Shown: positions 19,801 to 30,575 of the stretch, one piece after another | How the letters are laid out: each line of letters opens with the position of its first letter | How positions within the stretch are numbered: the first letter of the stretch is position 1 | Assembly: GCA_012799825.1 (NCBI GenBank) | Contig: JAAZKK010000080.1 | Coordinates: 1,004-65,003, forward strand | Direction of reading: 5' to 3' | From: Clostridiaceae bacterium | Lineage (GTDB): Bacteria; Bacillota; Clostridia; Saccharofermentanales; DTU023 | DNA length: 64,000 nt | The notes under the pieces: generated by a model | Told to the model about the DNA's origin: nothing | Databases searched by the model: none | The model's input: the letters and a program-made list of their open reading frames with translations, nothing else | Program-made: the position numbers and the translations under genes

Positions 19801-20280
19801 TTATGTTGTTATGGCAAACCAAGCTGATATTAGGCCGATGGAGGCAGCGTAGATCAGAAGGCCTGCGACGACGACTCCGCCCATGACAGCAATAACACTT
19901 TTCTTGAAATCCATATCTAAAAGACTTGCGGCGAATGTTCCTGTCCATGCGCCCGTTCCCGGAAGCGGGATCGCTACGAAGACAAAAAGGGCGACATAGA
20001 GACCGTAGCCGGCCTTTTCTGTTAGCTTCCGTCCTGCTGCGGCACCGCGTTCTAAGAAAAAGACGCAGATCTTGGAAATGTAACGCTTCTCTTTGCCCCA
20101 TGTAAGGAACTTGCGAGCAAGGTAGAAGATGAAAGGAACCGGAAGCATGTTTCCCAGTATGCCGTTCAGCATGCCCCAAAGAAGCGGCACATTGTTTGCA
20201 GATGCATAAACCATCGCACCGCGTATTTCCACGATCGGCAACATCGAGATAAAGAAAATCCAAAGCAGTTTTTTAGTCAC
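19801..20280 (-). CDS. Small multi-drug export family membrane protein (COG2426-like)
   Basis: A 159-aa protein with about 4 TM segments. The N-terminal ISMLPIVEIRGA motif is characteristic of this family. Confidence 0.7.
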   Translation of the reverse strand: MTKKLLWIFFISMLPIVEIRGAMVYASANNVPLLWGMLNGILGNMLPVPFIFYLARKFLTWGKEKRYISKICVFFLERGAAAGRKLTEKAGYGLYVALFVFVAIPLPGTGAWTGTFAASLLDMDFKKSVIAVMGGVVVAGLLIYAASIGLISAWFAITT

Positions 20281-20492
20281 AGCCTATGTTCCCTTCAATT
20301 AAGTGAATTTCTCAAACGGTTGCATTTTACCACAACGAAGCGTCAGCTGAATAACAGGTTAAATGGTGTGGTCTTTGTAAGCTGCCCTGACAGCTGAATG
20401 CCAAAGTAAGCTGTACAGTCAGAGGCGCGGGTCGTCCATTTAAACTGGCACATTGCCTGTCCTGTCAGAGACCAATTTTTATAGCTGTAGTT

Positions 20493-21356
20493 TCAGGAAA
20501 CGGCCAATTGTTCTGTGATTTGTTTGAAGAAATGAGCATTCCATACGTGTAAAGAATCAGTGTTGCGAATAAAAGGAATCACATCTTCCTTTGCCTGCTT
20601 GTAATCAATGGCTTCAAAACGATTACTTAGGTGCCGTTTTAGGTCGGTCAGCGAAAAATCATCTCCGAGTTTCAGGTAGCCGTTTTGCTGAAGTCGCGCC
20701 TGTAAATGAGCTAAGTTTACGGGCATGTTTCTCGACAAGAAAGAGATATAATCATAAAGGTCACGTCCCTTAACTCTGTTTTTCCAGCCTCTGCAAAGTA
20801 CGGCATGAATTTTACCTGCGAACAGTGAAGAGGCATCATACAATGCAACTTCATAAGGGGACGGAAGCAATCTGTACCGGTGCTCAAAACCTGCGTATTC
20901 AGGCGGGCTGGTGTCCACCTCAAACTTAATACGAATTCTTTCCCCCGGATGAATACCTGGAAGTGCTTCGTTACCGTAAAAAAGCAACAGGTGTTTCCTC
21001 GTGTTGCCCTTTAGGAAAGCGGACTGAATCGGGGAATCAACGCTCTTTACTTTTTCTTCGATGTCCAACTGCAAGCCGAAAGCAGCAATTTCTTTTTTCA
21101 ATAATGGGAAATAGGTTGTTAAATCAAAGTCTTCGTCCTTAGCCTTCAAGGAGAAATCCAAATCCTCAGAGAATCTATCTAAACCGTAAAAAATACGCAA
21201 CGCTGTACCGCCATAAAAAGCCGCTTTTTTAAAAAATCCGGCTCTAGAGAGGCCGCAAAGTACCATCTCCTGCATAATCTCTTTCACCACATTTTTTTTA
21301 TCCATCGACGGTTGATCATCATAGGTTTTTAGCATCTGTTCAATGATAGTATTCAC
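20493..21356 (-). CDS. abiEii: AbiEii/AbiGii nucleotidyltransferase toxin (type IV TA / abortive infection)
   Basis: Contains AFYGGTALRIFYGLDRFSEDLDFS, the DUF1814/AbiEii NTase motif. It overlaps the upstream antitoxin-like gene by 4 bp. Confidence 0.85.
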   Translation of the reverse strand: MNTIIEQMLKTYDDQPSMDKKNVVKEIMQEMVLCGLSRAGFFKKAAFYGGTALRIFYGLDRFSEDLDFSLKAKDEDFDLTTYFPLLKKEIAAFGLQLDIEEKVKSVDSPIQSAFLKGNTRKHLLLFYGNEALPGIHPGERIRIKFEVDTSPPEYAGFEHRYRLLPSPYEVALYDASSLFAGKIHAVLCRGWKNRVKGRDLYDYISFLSRNMPVNLAHLQARLQQNGYLKLGDDFSLTDLKRHLSNRFEAIDYKQAKEDVIPFIRNTDSLHVWNAHFFKQITEQLAVS

Positions 21357-21937
21357 GCTGTCCTCCTTAAATATTGAATTAATCGCTTGTGATTGCCGGT
21401 TTGGTAGAGCGTTGCATACTGCGTTATTTTTTCTTTATCAAGCCCCCGAAACGTATCGCGGTCAATCCTGAGGTCATCCCATAACAGATTTTCAAAAGCT
21501 CTCAAATTTGCCACAGGCGATAGAGTGTAGAGCTTATCGCACAAGGCTTTCTCAGGCAGTGCGATGAGAAAGGAATAGTTTCCTTCTGATACTATCTGAA
21601 TTCCTACCGGATACGCAGTTTTGGGCACATCACGATAGGTGAACAATCCAAAATCTGTCTTGAATTGCTTCCGTTTCTTTTTGTCATAGGTGGCGGAAGT
21701 ATAGGTATATACCGCTTCCGGTATTAGGTGCCAATACGACAGTGCGTAATCAAAAGACAGGTACGAAGGACCATAGATGCTGGCGGCAAGCAAGTATCCG
21801 GGCGTAGTGTTGTCCGTTGTATACAATCCCCGAACCACCGGGAAAATTTCTCCTTGTGCTACCATACGTGCTAACTTGTTAGCGGGGCAGCGATATTCCT
21901 GCAATTCGTCTAGGAGCATAGCGGTCGTTTTAATCAT
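21353..21937 (-). CDS. abiEi: AbiEi-family antitoxin/transcriptional regulator
   Basis: The N-terminal winged-helix-like segment (..LARMVAQGEIFPVVRGLYT..) and a size of ~195 aa are typical of AbiEi_4. It is translationally coupled to AbiEii. Confidence 0.8.
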   Translation of the reverse strand: MIKTTAMLLDELQEYRCPANKLARMVAQGEIFPVVRGLYTTDNTTPGYLLAASIYGPSYLSFDYALSYWHLIPEAVYTYTSATYDKKKRKQFKTDFGLFTYRDVPKTAYPVGIQIVSEGNYSFLIALPEKALCDKLYTLSPVANLRAFENLLWDDLRIDRDTFRGLDKEKITQYATLYQTGNHKRLIQYLRRTA

Positions 21938-22152
21938 ATTATCACCTCTTAATGGAATATTACTCCATCAACTGGTGAAAATCAAGCTTTCTGAATTCAA
22001 TAGTCACGAGATTATTAAGCGTAAGTATGGTCATTTTGAATAAAACCGCGTCAGCTCCTATTGGTAATGAAGGAGTGCGCATTCTTTTCTTTTATCGTGT
22101 ATTATTGAAAACAGCGCTTGTCTTTACAGGACAACGGTTGGAGGCATGTTAA

Positions 22153-24585
22153 ATGGATCAATATCGTTTTTCCGAAATTGAAAAAAAATGGCAGGAGCGC
22201 TGGGAAGCGTCCGGTGTTTTTCACGCCGAACAGCCGTGCGACGGCAAGGTGCCTGAAAAACCGAAATTTTATTGTCTTATTGAATTTCCCTATCCTTCGG
22301 GACAAGGTCTTCATGTCGGGCATCCGAGAAGCTATACGGCGTTAGACCTCGTCGCGAGAAAAAAAAGGCTCGAAGGCTATAATGTGCTGTATCCGATGGG
22401 ATGGGACGCGTTCGGCCTTCCTACGGAGAATTACGCCATTCAGCATCGTATACATCCGGCGACCGTGACGCGCGAAAATATTAGCCATTTCAGACGACAG
22501 TTGAAATCGTTAGGTTTCAGCTTTGATTGGTCACGTGAGGTTAACACGACAGATCCGAACTACTATCGGTTTACTCAGTGGATTTTCCTGCAGTTTTATA
22601 AAGCCGGTCTCGCGTATAAAAAGGAGATGTCCGTCAACTGGTGTCCCTCGTGCAAGGTGGTACTTGCCAACGAGGAAGTCGTGGAAGGATGTTGTGAACG
22701 TTGCGGCACGGAAACGACGCAGCGGGTCAAGAGCCAGTGGATGCTTCGAATCACGGACTATGCGCAAAAACTGCTGGACGGTCTGGATGACGTCGATTTT
22801 ATTTCACGTGTCAAAACTCAGCAGCGCAACTGGATCGGTCGTAGCACCGGCGCGGAAGTATACTTTGCGACGACGGCAGGTGATGCTTTAAACGTCTATA
22901 CAACGCGCCCGGATACGCTTTTTGGCGCGATGTATATGGTCGTGTCGCCCGAGCATGAGTTGGTTGAGAAGTGGCTTGATGAAGGCATCATTCAAAATGC
23001 GGCTGACGTCCGCGCCTATCAAGATGAAGCGAAGCGCAAGTCCGATTTTGAGCGCACGGAGATCAATAAAGATAAAACCGGTGTCCGGCTTGAGGGAGTG
23101 GATGGCATCAATCCCGTCAACGATGAAGTCATCCCGATCTTTATTTCAGACTATGTCCTCACTTCTTATGGAACGGGAGCGATCATGGCGGTGCCTGGGC
23201 ACGATGACCGCGACTACGAGTTTGCGAAAGTGTTTGACCTGCCGATTCGCTGTGTCGTCGAAGGAGGCGACATCACTGAGTTTGCTTTTATCGATATCGA
23301 TACCGGTATCATGATGAATTCCGGTTTTCTTAACGGGCTGCATGTCAAAGACGCGATCGTCAAAATGACCGACTGGCTTGAGGAGAATAATCTCGGCCAT
23401 CGGCGCGTCAACTACAGGCTTCGCGACTGGGTTTTTTCACGTCAGCGTTATTGGGGTGAGCCGATTCCGATGGTGTATTGCGAGACATGCGGCTGGCAGC
23501 CATTGCCGGAGGATCAGCTGCCTCTGTTGCTGCCTGAAGTGAAATCGTATGAACCTACCGATACGGGTGAATCACCACTGGCTTCTTTGACTGAATGGGT
23601 CAACACCACGTGTCCTCGTTGCGGCGGCCCCGCAAAACGCGAGACCGACACGATGCCGCAATGGGCCGGTTCATCGTGGTATTTCATACGGTATACGGAT
23701 CCACAATGCGAAACAGCCATCGCTTCAAGGGAAGCGATGGAATATTGGCTTCCTGTTGACTGGTACAACGGGGGAATGGAACATACGACGTTGCATCTTC
23801 TTTACTCGCGGTTCTGGAATCAATTTCTCTATGATCAAGGCATCGTACCGGTTAAAGAGCCCTATAAACGGCGCACGAGTCACGGCATGATCCTCGGCGA
23901 AAACGGCGAGAAAATGTCGAAATCGCGCGGCAATGTCGTCAATCCGGATGACGTCATTCACGAATACGGCGCCGATACATTGCGTCTTTATGAAATGTTT
24001 ATCGGCGATTTTGAGAAGCCGGCGCCCTGGAACACGTCCTCGATACGCGGATGTTCACGCTTCCTTGAGCGTGTCTTCGATCTTCAGAATAAGCTGATCG
24101 ACGGCGACTCGTACAGAAGCGATCTTGAAACGCTGATGCATCAAACAATTAAAAAAGTATCGTACGACATTGATCATCTAAAAGGGAATACGGCCATCGC
24201 TCAGCTGATGACACTAATCAATCGTTTCTATGATGCAGGGAGCGTCAATCAGGCGGAGTATAAAACATTTCTTCTGCTGCTCAATCCCTTCGCCCCGCAC
24301 ATCACGGAGGAAATCTGGGAGCGGCAGGCATTCGGCGGCAGAGTCACCGACCAGTCATGGCCTGTATACGATGAAGAAAAGACGAAGGAAGACGAAGTCG
24401 AAATCGTTATTCAAGTCAACGGAAGAATTCGCGCTCGCGTGATGATCTTGCGCGATATGCCGGAAGAAGATGTCCTGAAAATTGCTCGCGAAAATGAAAA
24501 TGTTGCGCCTCAGCTTGCCGGGAAACAAGAGCTAAAAGCCATCTACGTACCCGGACGACTTGTCAACATTGTGGTGAAAGCGTGA
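22153..24585 (+). CDS. leuS: Leucine--tRNA ligase
   Basis: Contains HVGH, the CP1 editing domain, KMSKSRGN and the zinc motifs CPSC..CERCG. Confidence 0.97.
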   Translation: MDQYRFSEIEKKWQERWEASGVFHAEQPCDGKVPEKPKFYCLIEFPYPSGQGLHVGHPRSYTALDLVARKKRLEGYNVLYPMGWDAFGLPTENYAIQHRIHPATVTRENISHFRRQLKSLGFSFDWSREVNTTDPNYYRFTQWIFLQFYKAGLAYKKEMSVNWCPSCKVVLANEEVVEGCCERCGTETTQRVKSQWMLRITDYAQKLLDGLDDVDFISRVKTQQRNWIGRSTGAEVYFATTAGDALNVYTTRPDTLFGAMYMVVSPEHELVEKWLDEGIIQNAADVRAYQDEAKRKSDFERTEINKDKTGVRLEGVDGINPVNDEVIPIFISDYVLTSYGTGAIMAVPGHDDRDYEFAKVFDLPIRCVVEGGDITEFAFIDIDTGIMMNSGFLNGLHVKDAIVKMTDWLEENNLGHRRVNYRLRDWVFSRQRYWGEPIPMVYCETCGWQPLPEDQLPLLLPEVKSYEPTDTGESPLASLTEWVNTTCPRCGGPAKRETDTMPQWAGSSWYFIRYTDPQCETAIASREAMEYWLPVDWYNGGMEHTTLHLLYSRFWNQFLYDQGIVPVKEPYKRRTSHGMILGENGEKMSKSRGNVVNPDDVIHEYGADTLRLYEMFIGDFEKPAPWNTSSIRGCSRFLERVFDLQNKLIDGDSYRSDLETLMHQTIKKVSYDIDHLKGNTAIAQLMTLINRFYDAGSVNQAEYKTFLLLLNPFAPHITEEIWERQAFGGRVTDQSWPVYDEEKTKEDEVEIVIQVNGRIRARVMILRDMPEEDVLKIARENENVAPQLAGKQELKAIYVPGRLVNIVVKA

Positions 24586-24597
24586 GCGTCATGGGAC

Positions 24598-24618
24598 AAG
24601 AGGCAAAAAAAGCCTCTT
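24598..24618 (+). terminator. Hairpin after leuS
   Basis: AAGAGGC-aaaaaaa-GCCTCTT, 12 nt after the stop codon. The U-tract is weak (tatctc). Confidence 0.45.
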
Positions 24619-24805
24619 ATCTCACGACAACGTGACTGTTTTGAATGTCAAGATAGGCACGCCGCGTCATGCGGCGTCATATGGCGACAACTGTCGGCAA
24701 CGCGATGTCAATGACGTGATGAACGTATGTGAACCATAGCGATTGATGGTGAAGGCGATCAGTGTCCTTAAAAACAAGCGTGTGCTAATTGGCGAAAATG
24801 CCGAA

Positions 24806-24834
24806 TTGACGAATCGCGAAAAAAAGGCGACAAT
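24806..24834 (+). promoter_or_regulatory. Candidate sigma-A promoter for the T-box leader
   Basis: TTGACG, a 17-nt spacer, then GACAAT. It ends about 17 nt before the base of Stem I. Confidence 0.35.
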
Positions 24835-24850
24835 AGCTAAAATAGAATTA

Positions 24851-25183
24851 AAGGCAGTGAAGGGAAGAGTAAACTCGACGGTGATCGACAGAGAACCCGG
24901 TAAGGTGGAAGCGGGACGAGCCGAGAAGTTGAACATGGCCCCTGAGCCGCGGCGCTGAGCTTGTGCCAGACTGTTTCATAACAGGATAATGAGACTAGTT
25001 GAATATTCAAAATGTTCAACGTCCGGAACAGCGAATCAAGTTAGGTGTCGACGGGTGCGCCCGTTATCGCGCCGGAGTATGATAGTACTCTTTGAGGTCT
25101 GTCTCGTGAGGGATAGGCGAATCTGGGTGGTACCACGGATCATGTCCGTCCCGGAACCGAAAGGTTTCGGGACGGATTTTTTT
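24851..25183 (+). promoter_or_regulatory. T-box riboswitch leader with an AUG (Met) specifier, controlling metNIQ
   Basis: K-turn GUGA (24857) and CUGA (24942), AG bay CAGAGAA (24889), distal loop GGUGGAA (24904). The specifier-loop AUG is at 24935-24937, followed by a purine. The T-box sequence AAUCUGGGUGGUACCACGG is at 25120-25138. A 14-bp terminator stem spans 25145-25176, followed by U7. Confidence 0.85.
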
Positions 25184-25379
25184 ATTTGGCAAGACGTTTA
25201 TGGAGAGTACATCTCTATCTACAGGCGGGCGATACTGCTGACGAAATGTTAAATGAAAGAAGAACCTCGGACGGGACTACTTAGATATAAAATTGACCGA
25301 CCATACGGGCTGGCCGTTCAGGGTCGGAGTAGGCAAGTCGGTTTTGCGGAAACGAAAAGTGGAGGTTTGGAGGTAAGCG

Positions 25380-26411
<1,032 letters not shown>

Positions 26412-26617
26412 GCATTTGAACGACAAAATGCCTAAACAGGCAGACAATTACAGGCGGTTAATACAAGCTTATGTAAGGGCGACAGTTCGTATAGGAATCG
26501 ATAAAACCTTGATAAACGATCGGCGCACTTATGACCAATTTACCAATGGACACGAATCAAAATGCGATCTTAAAGATGTGGAGGACGCATTAAGGATGAA
26601 TGAATAATGGAGGATCC

Positions 26618-27283
26618 ATGATGACACAAGAATTGATAAGAGCAACGATCGAGACACTGGAAATGGTGACCGTCAGCAGTTTGTTTTCAGTTCTGCTGGG
26701 GCTTCCTCTCGGCGTTCTGCTCGTCTTATCGCGCCCCCAAGGCCTTCGCCCTCGTCCGGCGCTTTACCGTGCGCTCGATGCGATCATCAATGTCTTTCGA
26801 TCACTACCCTTTCTGGTGCTGATGATCATGGTTTTTCCGTTATCACGCCTTATCACCGGGCGTGCGACGGGCACGACCGCGACCATCGTACCGCTGGCTG
26901 TCGCTGCGATCCCTTTTGTCGCAAGGATAATGGAGCAGAGTCTATTGGAGGTTGACGGCGGTGTTCTGGAAGCGGGACTCGCTTCAGGTGCGAAGATCAG
27001 CCAACTGGTTTGGACCGTTCTAATTCCTGAAGCGCTGCCGGCGCTCGTAAACGGAGTCACCATTACCGTCATCAATATCATCGGCAACTCGGCGATGGCC
27101 GGTGCGATCGGCGGCGGCGGTCTGGGAGACCTTGCGGTGCGCTACGGGCTTTACAGGCGCGAACCGGTCATGCTCTACACTTCCGTTGCCGTCATTATTG
27201 TGCTGGTTCAGCTGGTGCAGTGGCTAGGCGGTTATCTCGAGCGACGTCTGCGGCGCGATGGCAAAGTGACAGCCAGCGCCTGA
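26618..27283 (+). CDS. metI: Methionine ABC transporter permease
   Basis: A MetI-family polytopic permease. GGAGGA at 26609-26614 precedes the ATGATG at 26618/26621. Track start 26600 is also possible. Confidence 0.9.
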   Translation: MMTQELIRATIETLEMVTVSSLFSVLLGLPLGVLLVLSRPQGLRPRPALYRALDAIINVFRSLPFLVLMIMVFPLSRLITGRATGTTATIVPLAVAAIPFVARIMEQSLLEVDGGVLEAGLASGAKISQLVWTVLIPEALPALVNGVTITVINIIGNSAMAGAIGGGGLGDLAVRYGLYRREPVMLYTSVAVIIVLVQLVQWLGGYLERRLRRDGKVTASA

Positions 27284-27598
27284 AACTCGAACCTAGCATA
27301 GCGCGTACGTATGTGAGGAGACTACTTATTTGAGGGTTATTGTCAGTTTTTCGACATACCTATCACCGTGCGTACAGCATGTAAGTAGACACAAGCGGAG
27401 GTGTTGAGGAGGGAAGATGAAGGAACGGACACTTATCGCACACAAGGAGAAACAAGGCCGAGTTCCGGGAATATACAAAGTTTTTATAACACGGAATCGG
27501 AGATGATTAGGAACTCGATACGCAGTATCAGAGCGGTATGTAATGCACCGTTTTTGAATAAAAAAGAAATCTATTGGAAGAATAGAAAGGATGAAAAC

Positions 27599-28450
27599 AT
27601 GAAAAAGAACAGAATAAAATGGGGAATCATTTTGGTGCTTATCATCGCTTCCCTACTGTTGACGGTCGCTTGCGCGCCTAAGAAGGATAACAGTAAGCTG
27701 GTGATCGGCGTCAGCCCCGCGCCTCATGCGGAAATCGTGAAGCTTATCCAAGATGATCTTGCAAAACAAGGCGTGACGCTCGAAATAAGAGAGTTTAACG
27801 ACTATAAGACACCTAACATCGCGCTTTCCGACGGCGACATCGACGCCAATTATTTCCAGCATATTCCTTATTTTGCGGACGAGAACCGGGTTGGGAAATA
27901 CAATCTTGAAATTCTCTGCGGTGTTCACATTGAGCCTATGGGATTCTACTCGAAAACGCTGACATCATTGGATGACATTCCCGACGGTGCGGAAATTATG
28001 ATTCCGAACGATACGACGAACGAAGGCCGAGCACTGCTTCTTTTGCAGGATAAGGGACTCATCACGTTAAAAGAAGGTGTGGTTGGCGGAACCGCAACAC
28101 CGCATGACATCGCGGAAAATCCGAAAAACCTCGTGTTCACTGAGCTCGAAGCGGCGACGATCCCGCAAGCCTATGCTGACGCCGACGGAGCGGTCATCAA
28201 CGGAAACTATGCGATTGAACATGGACTTAACCCGATAAAGGATGCGCTCGCTGTTGAAGGAACGTCCAGTCCCTACGTCAACATCGTGGCCGTTCGAAAG
28301 GGTGATGCTGCAAAAGAGGCGTTCAAGAAATTGGCCGAAGTGCTGCAGAGCGATAAAGTGAAAGAGTATATCGAATCGAAATATGAAGGCGCCGTCATTC
28401 CCGCATTCCAGAGCAAAGAAGAAGCTGACAAACTCGCTTCTCAATACTGA
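27599..28450 (+). CDS. metQ: MetQ/NlpA-family methionine-binding lipoprotein
   Basis: Signal peptide with lipobox (LLLTVAC) followed by a NlpA-family body (..IREFNDYKTPNIALSDGDIDANYFQH..). AAAGGA RBS. The track's 27401 start adds an implausible leader. Confidence 0.9.
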   Translation: MKKNRIKWGIILVLIIASLLLTVACAPKKDNSKLVIGVSPAPHAEIVKLIQDDLAKQGVTLEIREFNDYKTPNIALSDGDIDANYFQHIPYFADENRVGKYNLEILCGVHIEPMGFYSKTLTSLDDIPDGAEIMIPNDTTNEGRALLLLQDKGLITLKEGVVGGTATPHDIAENPKNLVFTELEAATIPQAYADADGAVINGNYAIEHGLNPIKDALAVEGTSSPYVNIVAVRKGDAAKEAFKKLAEVLQSDKVKEYIESKYEGAVIPAFQSKEEADKLASQY

Positions 28451-28479
28451 GAATGATATAACGTGCGATTGAAAACTGA

Positions 28480-28995
28480 TCAATATCCGCGGGCACCCGT
28501 GAGTGATTCATCGTTTGTGACCCAGTCTTCGACTAGGATCACGCGGTAGTCATCGCGAGTGTCCCGGATGATCACCTGCTCAATGCCCGCATTGATGATC
28601 AAACGTTTGCAGAGCGCGCAAGGCATCGCCTGTTCGACGTATTTACCCGTTCGCGCGTCGCGTCCGACAAGGTAGAGGGTGCTGCCGATAAGATCGCGAC
28701 GAGCGGCGCTGATGATGGCGTTCATTTCGGCGTGAACGCTGCGGCAAAGCTCATAACGCTCTCCGCGAGGAATTTGAAGTTTTTCGCGTGTGCAGTAGCC
28801 GAGTTCGTTGCAGTTGGATCGCCCTCTCGGCGATCCGACGTAGCCTGTGGAAATGACCTCGTCATCCTTGACAATGACGGCTCCAAAATGCCTGCGAATG
28901 CAGGTGGCCCGCTCGCTTACCACTTCGGCAAGATCAAGATAGTAATTGGTCTTGTCACGACGCTTTACGGATTGATTGATTGTCTCATTCTGCAT
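28480..28995 (-). CDS. comEB: dCMP deaminase (ComEB family)
   Basis: Contains the zinc-binding motifs HAEMNAI and PCALCKRLI. Size is 171 aa. Confidence 0.85.
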   Translation of the reverse strand: MQNETINQSVKRRDKTNYYLDLAEVVSERATCIRRHFGAVIVKDDEVISTGYVGSPRGRSNCNELGYCTREKLQIPRGERYELCRSVHAEMNAIISAARRDLIGSTLYLVGRDARTGKYVEQAMPCALCKRLIINAGIEQVIIRDTRDDYRVILVEDWVTNDESLTGARGY

Positions 28996-29176
28996 GACGG
29001 TCGCGCTCCTTTTTCTAATTTAAGCATACCACGATCGCGATCATGTGCAAATGCGGCGCGTCACATAAAAGTTCCCTCTGATGTTGTAAGCATCGAAAGC
29101 AAATGCAGAGCGCAGGGCACGATATATCGCTGTTTTATTCGCAAAAATCGTTGAACAAGTGTCAAATGCCATGCAA

Positions 29177-29206
29177 ACGCCCGGCAGATTTTCATCTGTC
29201 GGGCGT
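29177..29206 (-). terminator. Hairpin terminator downstream of hsp20
   Basis: GCCCGGCAGAT-tttc-ATCTGTCGGGC, an 11-bp stem with one G.U pair, extended by AAC/GTT. GTTTGCAT follows on the minus strand. Confidence 0.6.
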
Positions 29207-29239
29207 TGGTCGGTCTTTATCAACTTAAACTTGCGTAAG

Positions 29240-29386
29240 ATCTATGTGCACGGGTAGGAATGTCCCGGCTGACGATATTTGGGCCATTGGTTCAGGTATG
29301 ATCTACGTATACGGGAGGAAGGCCTCCCCGCAACGGTTGCACGTGCTATAACGCCGGTATGATCTACGTATACGGGAGGAAGGCCT
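29240..29386. repeat. 31-bp direct repeat (2 identical copies plus 1 degenerate copy, 61-bp period) abutting the hsp20 stop codon
   Basis: ggtatgatctacgtatacgggaggaaggcct occurs at 29295-29325 and 29356-29386. A degenerate copy (gatctatgtgcacgggtagga) starts at 29240. Confidence 0.7.
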
Positions 29387-29832
29387 TATTCTTCGTCATC
29401 ACCGAAGTCGATTTCGATCGTCTGCTTTCCTTTTTTCTCTTTGCTTTCTTTTGGAAGCGTGAGTTCCAGTACTCCGTTGCGGAATTTTCCGGTGATATCG
29501 TCCATGTCGACACCTGTCAGATCAAAGCTACGGCTGCATGTGCCATATGAGCGCTCTTTGTAAACGTAGTTTTCTGTTTCTTCAGACTTCTCGACGTTTT
29601 GCTCTGCTTTGATCGTCATAAATTTGCCGTCGAGTTCAATCTTAATATCTTCTTTTTTAATGCCGGGGAGGTCTGCCTTTAAAAGGTAGTGATCATCTTT
29701 ATCGATGATATCGACATTAAAGCTTCGTGTTCCGGTAACCGTGCCGAAAAAAGGCCGGTCCAAGAATCGAGCCATCTCATCAAATAAACTTAAATTGCGG
29801 TTGCGTCTTCCGTATGGAATCAAATCAAACAT
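29386..29832 (-). CDS. Hsp20/alpha-crystallin small heat-shock protein
   Basis: Alpha-crystallin domain (..DIIDKDDHYLLKADLPGIKKEDIKIELDGKFMTIKAE..GVLELTLPK). The ATG at 29832 follows a GAGG RBS. Confidence 0.9.
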   Translation of the reverse strand: MFDLIPYGRRNRNLSLFDEMARFLDRPFFGTVTGTRSFNVDIIDKDDHYLLKADLPGIKKEDIKIELDGKFMTIKAEQNVEKSEETENYVYKERSYGTCSRSFDLTGVDMDDITGKFRNGVLELTLPKESKEKKGKQTIEIDFGDDEE

Positions 29833-30099
29833 CGTTTTACCTCTTTCTCTTTGTAAGTGTAGTCTCAAGAACGCTGAGCGTGAGACACAGTGTATTTTTT
29901 GTTGTTTCGGCCGGTTTTATAAGCAGCCAATCTGATTTTTGTCTTTTGTTCGCTCACGGGGAAAGGCTCATGGGATGCTCTTCTGTCCGGCATCCGGATC
30001 CTGATCTCCATGAAAGTTATCATCAGACCTTTTCACTGATTCTATTGTAAACGGTGGATGCGACAAGAATGTCATACGATTGTGACGACGTTTGAAAAA

Positions 30100-30126
30100 T
30101 TAGCACTCTCATGTGAAGAGTGCTAA
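30100..30126. promoter_or_regulatory. CIRCE operator (HrcA binding site), perfect consensus
   Basis: TTAGCACTC-tcatgtgaa-GAGTGCTAA matches TTAGCACTC-N9-GAGTGCTAA exactly. It lies in the divergent spacer between hsp20 (-) and a HAD phosphatase (+). Confidence 0.9.
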
Positions 30127-30575
30127 TTTGCTCCGAAAATTTGTTTGATTTCTCTCGGTGAGCGCTTACTGATTATGCTATATCGAGCAGAATAGCACTC
30201 TGAATCAAAAGAAAATGTCTCAGAAAAATGTTCTTAAATATACTTTAAAAAGACCGTGAGAGGGTTTCATAATTCATGTGATGCAGCGAGCATGTAAACG
30301 GAACTTATGGTCGGTGTACCCGTATATCGGTATAATGAACGTGGCATGAGCGTCGGCGAGGCGTACCCTAAGATCGCCTGACGAACTGTTTCGAGTCGTT
30401 GTCATCGCACTTGTGAGGACATGCCGGCAAGATGCCGCAACGATATAAAAACCATTGATGTTTGCGACGTTATAAGCGCGCGTCACATGCCCGGATGACA
30501 ATCCGGGCGCGTCGGGTCTCGTCAGCGATGGTTGTTGAAGCGTGCGACACATGTATGGATAAACAAAGGAAAGAT

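Noticed and set aside
20340-22056. 9-bp direct repeat GCGTCAGCT (20340-20348 and 22048-22056) as att-like boundaries of the AbiE insertion
   Set aside because: A 9-mer shared between two ~200-bp flanks is expected by chance at roughly the 10-20% level, and no integrase is present.
30192-30200. Second CIRCE element
   Set aside because: Only one half-site (ATAGCACTC) is present, with no matching inverted half 9 nt away.
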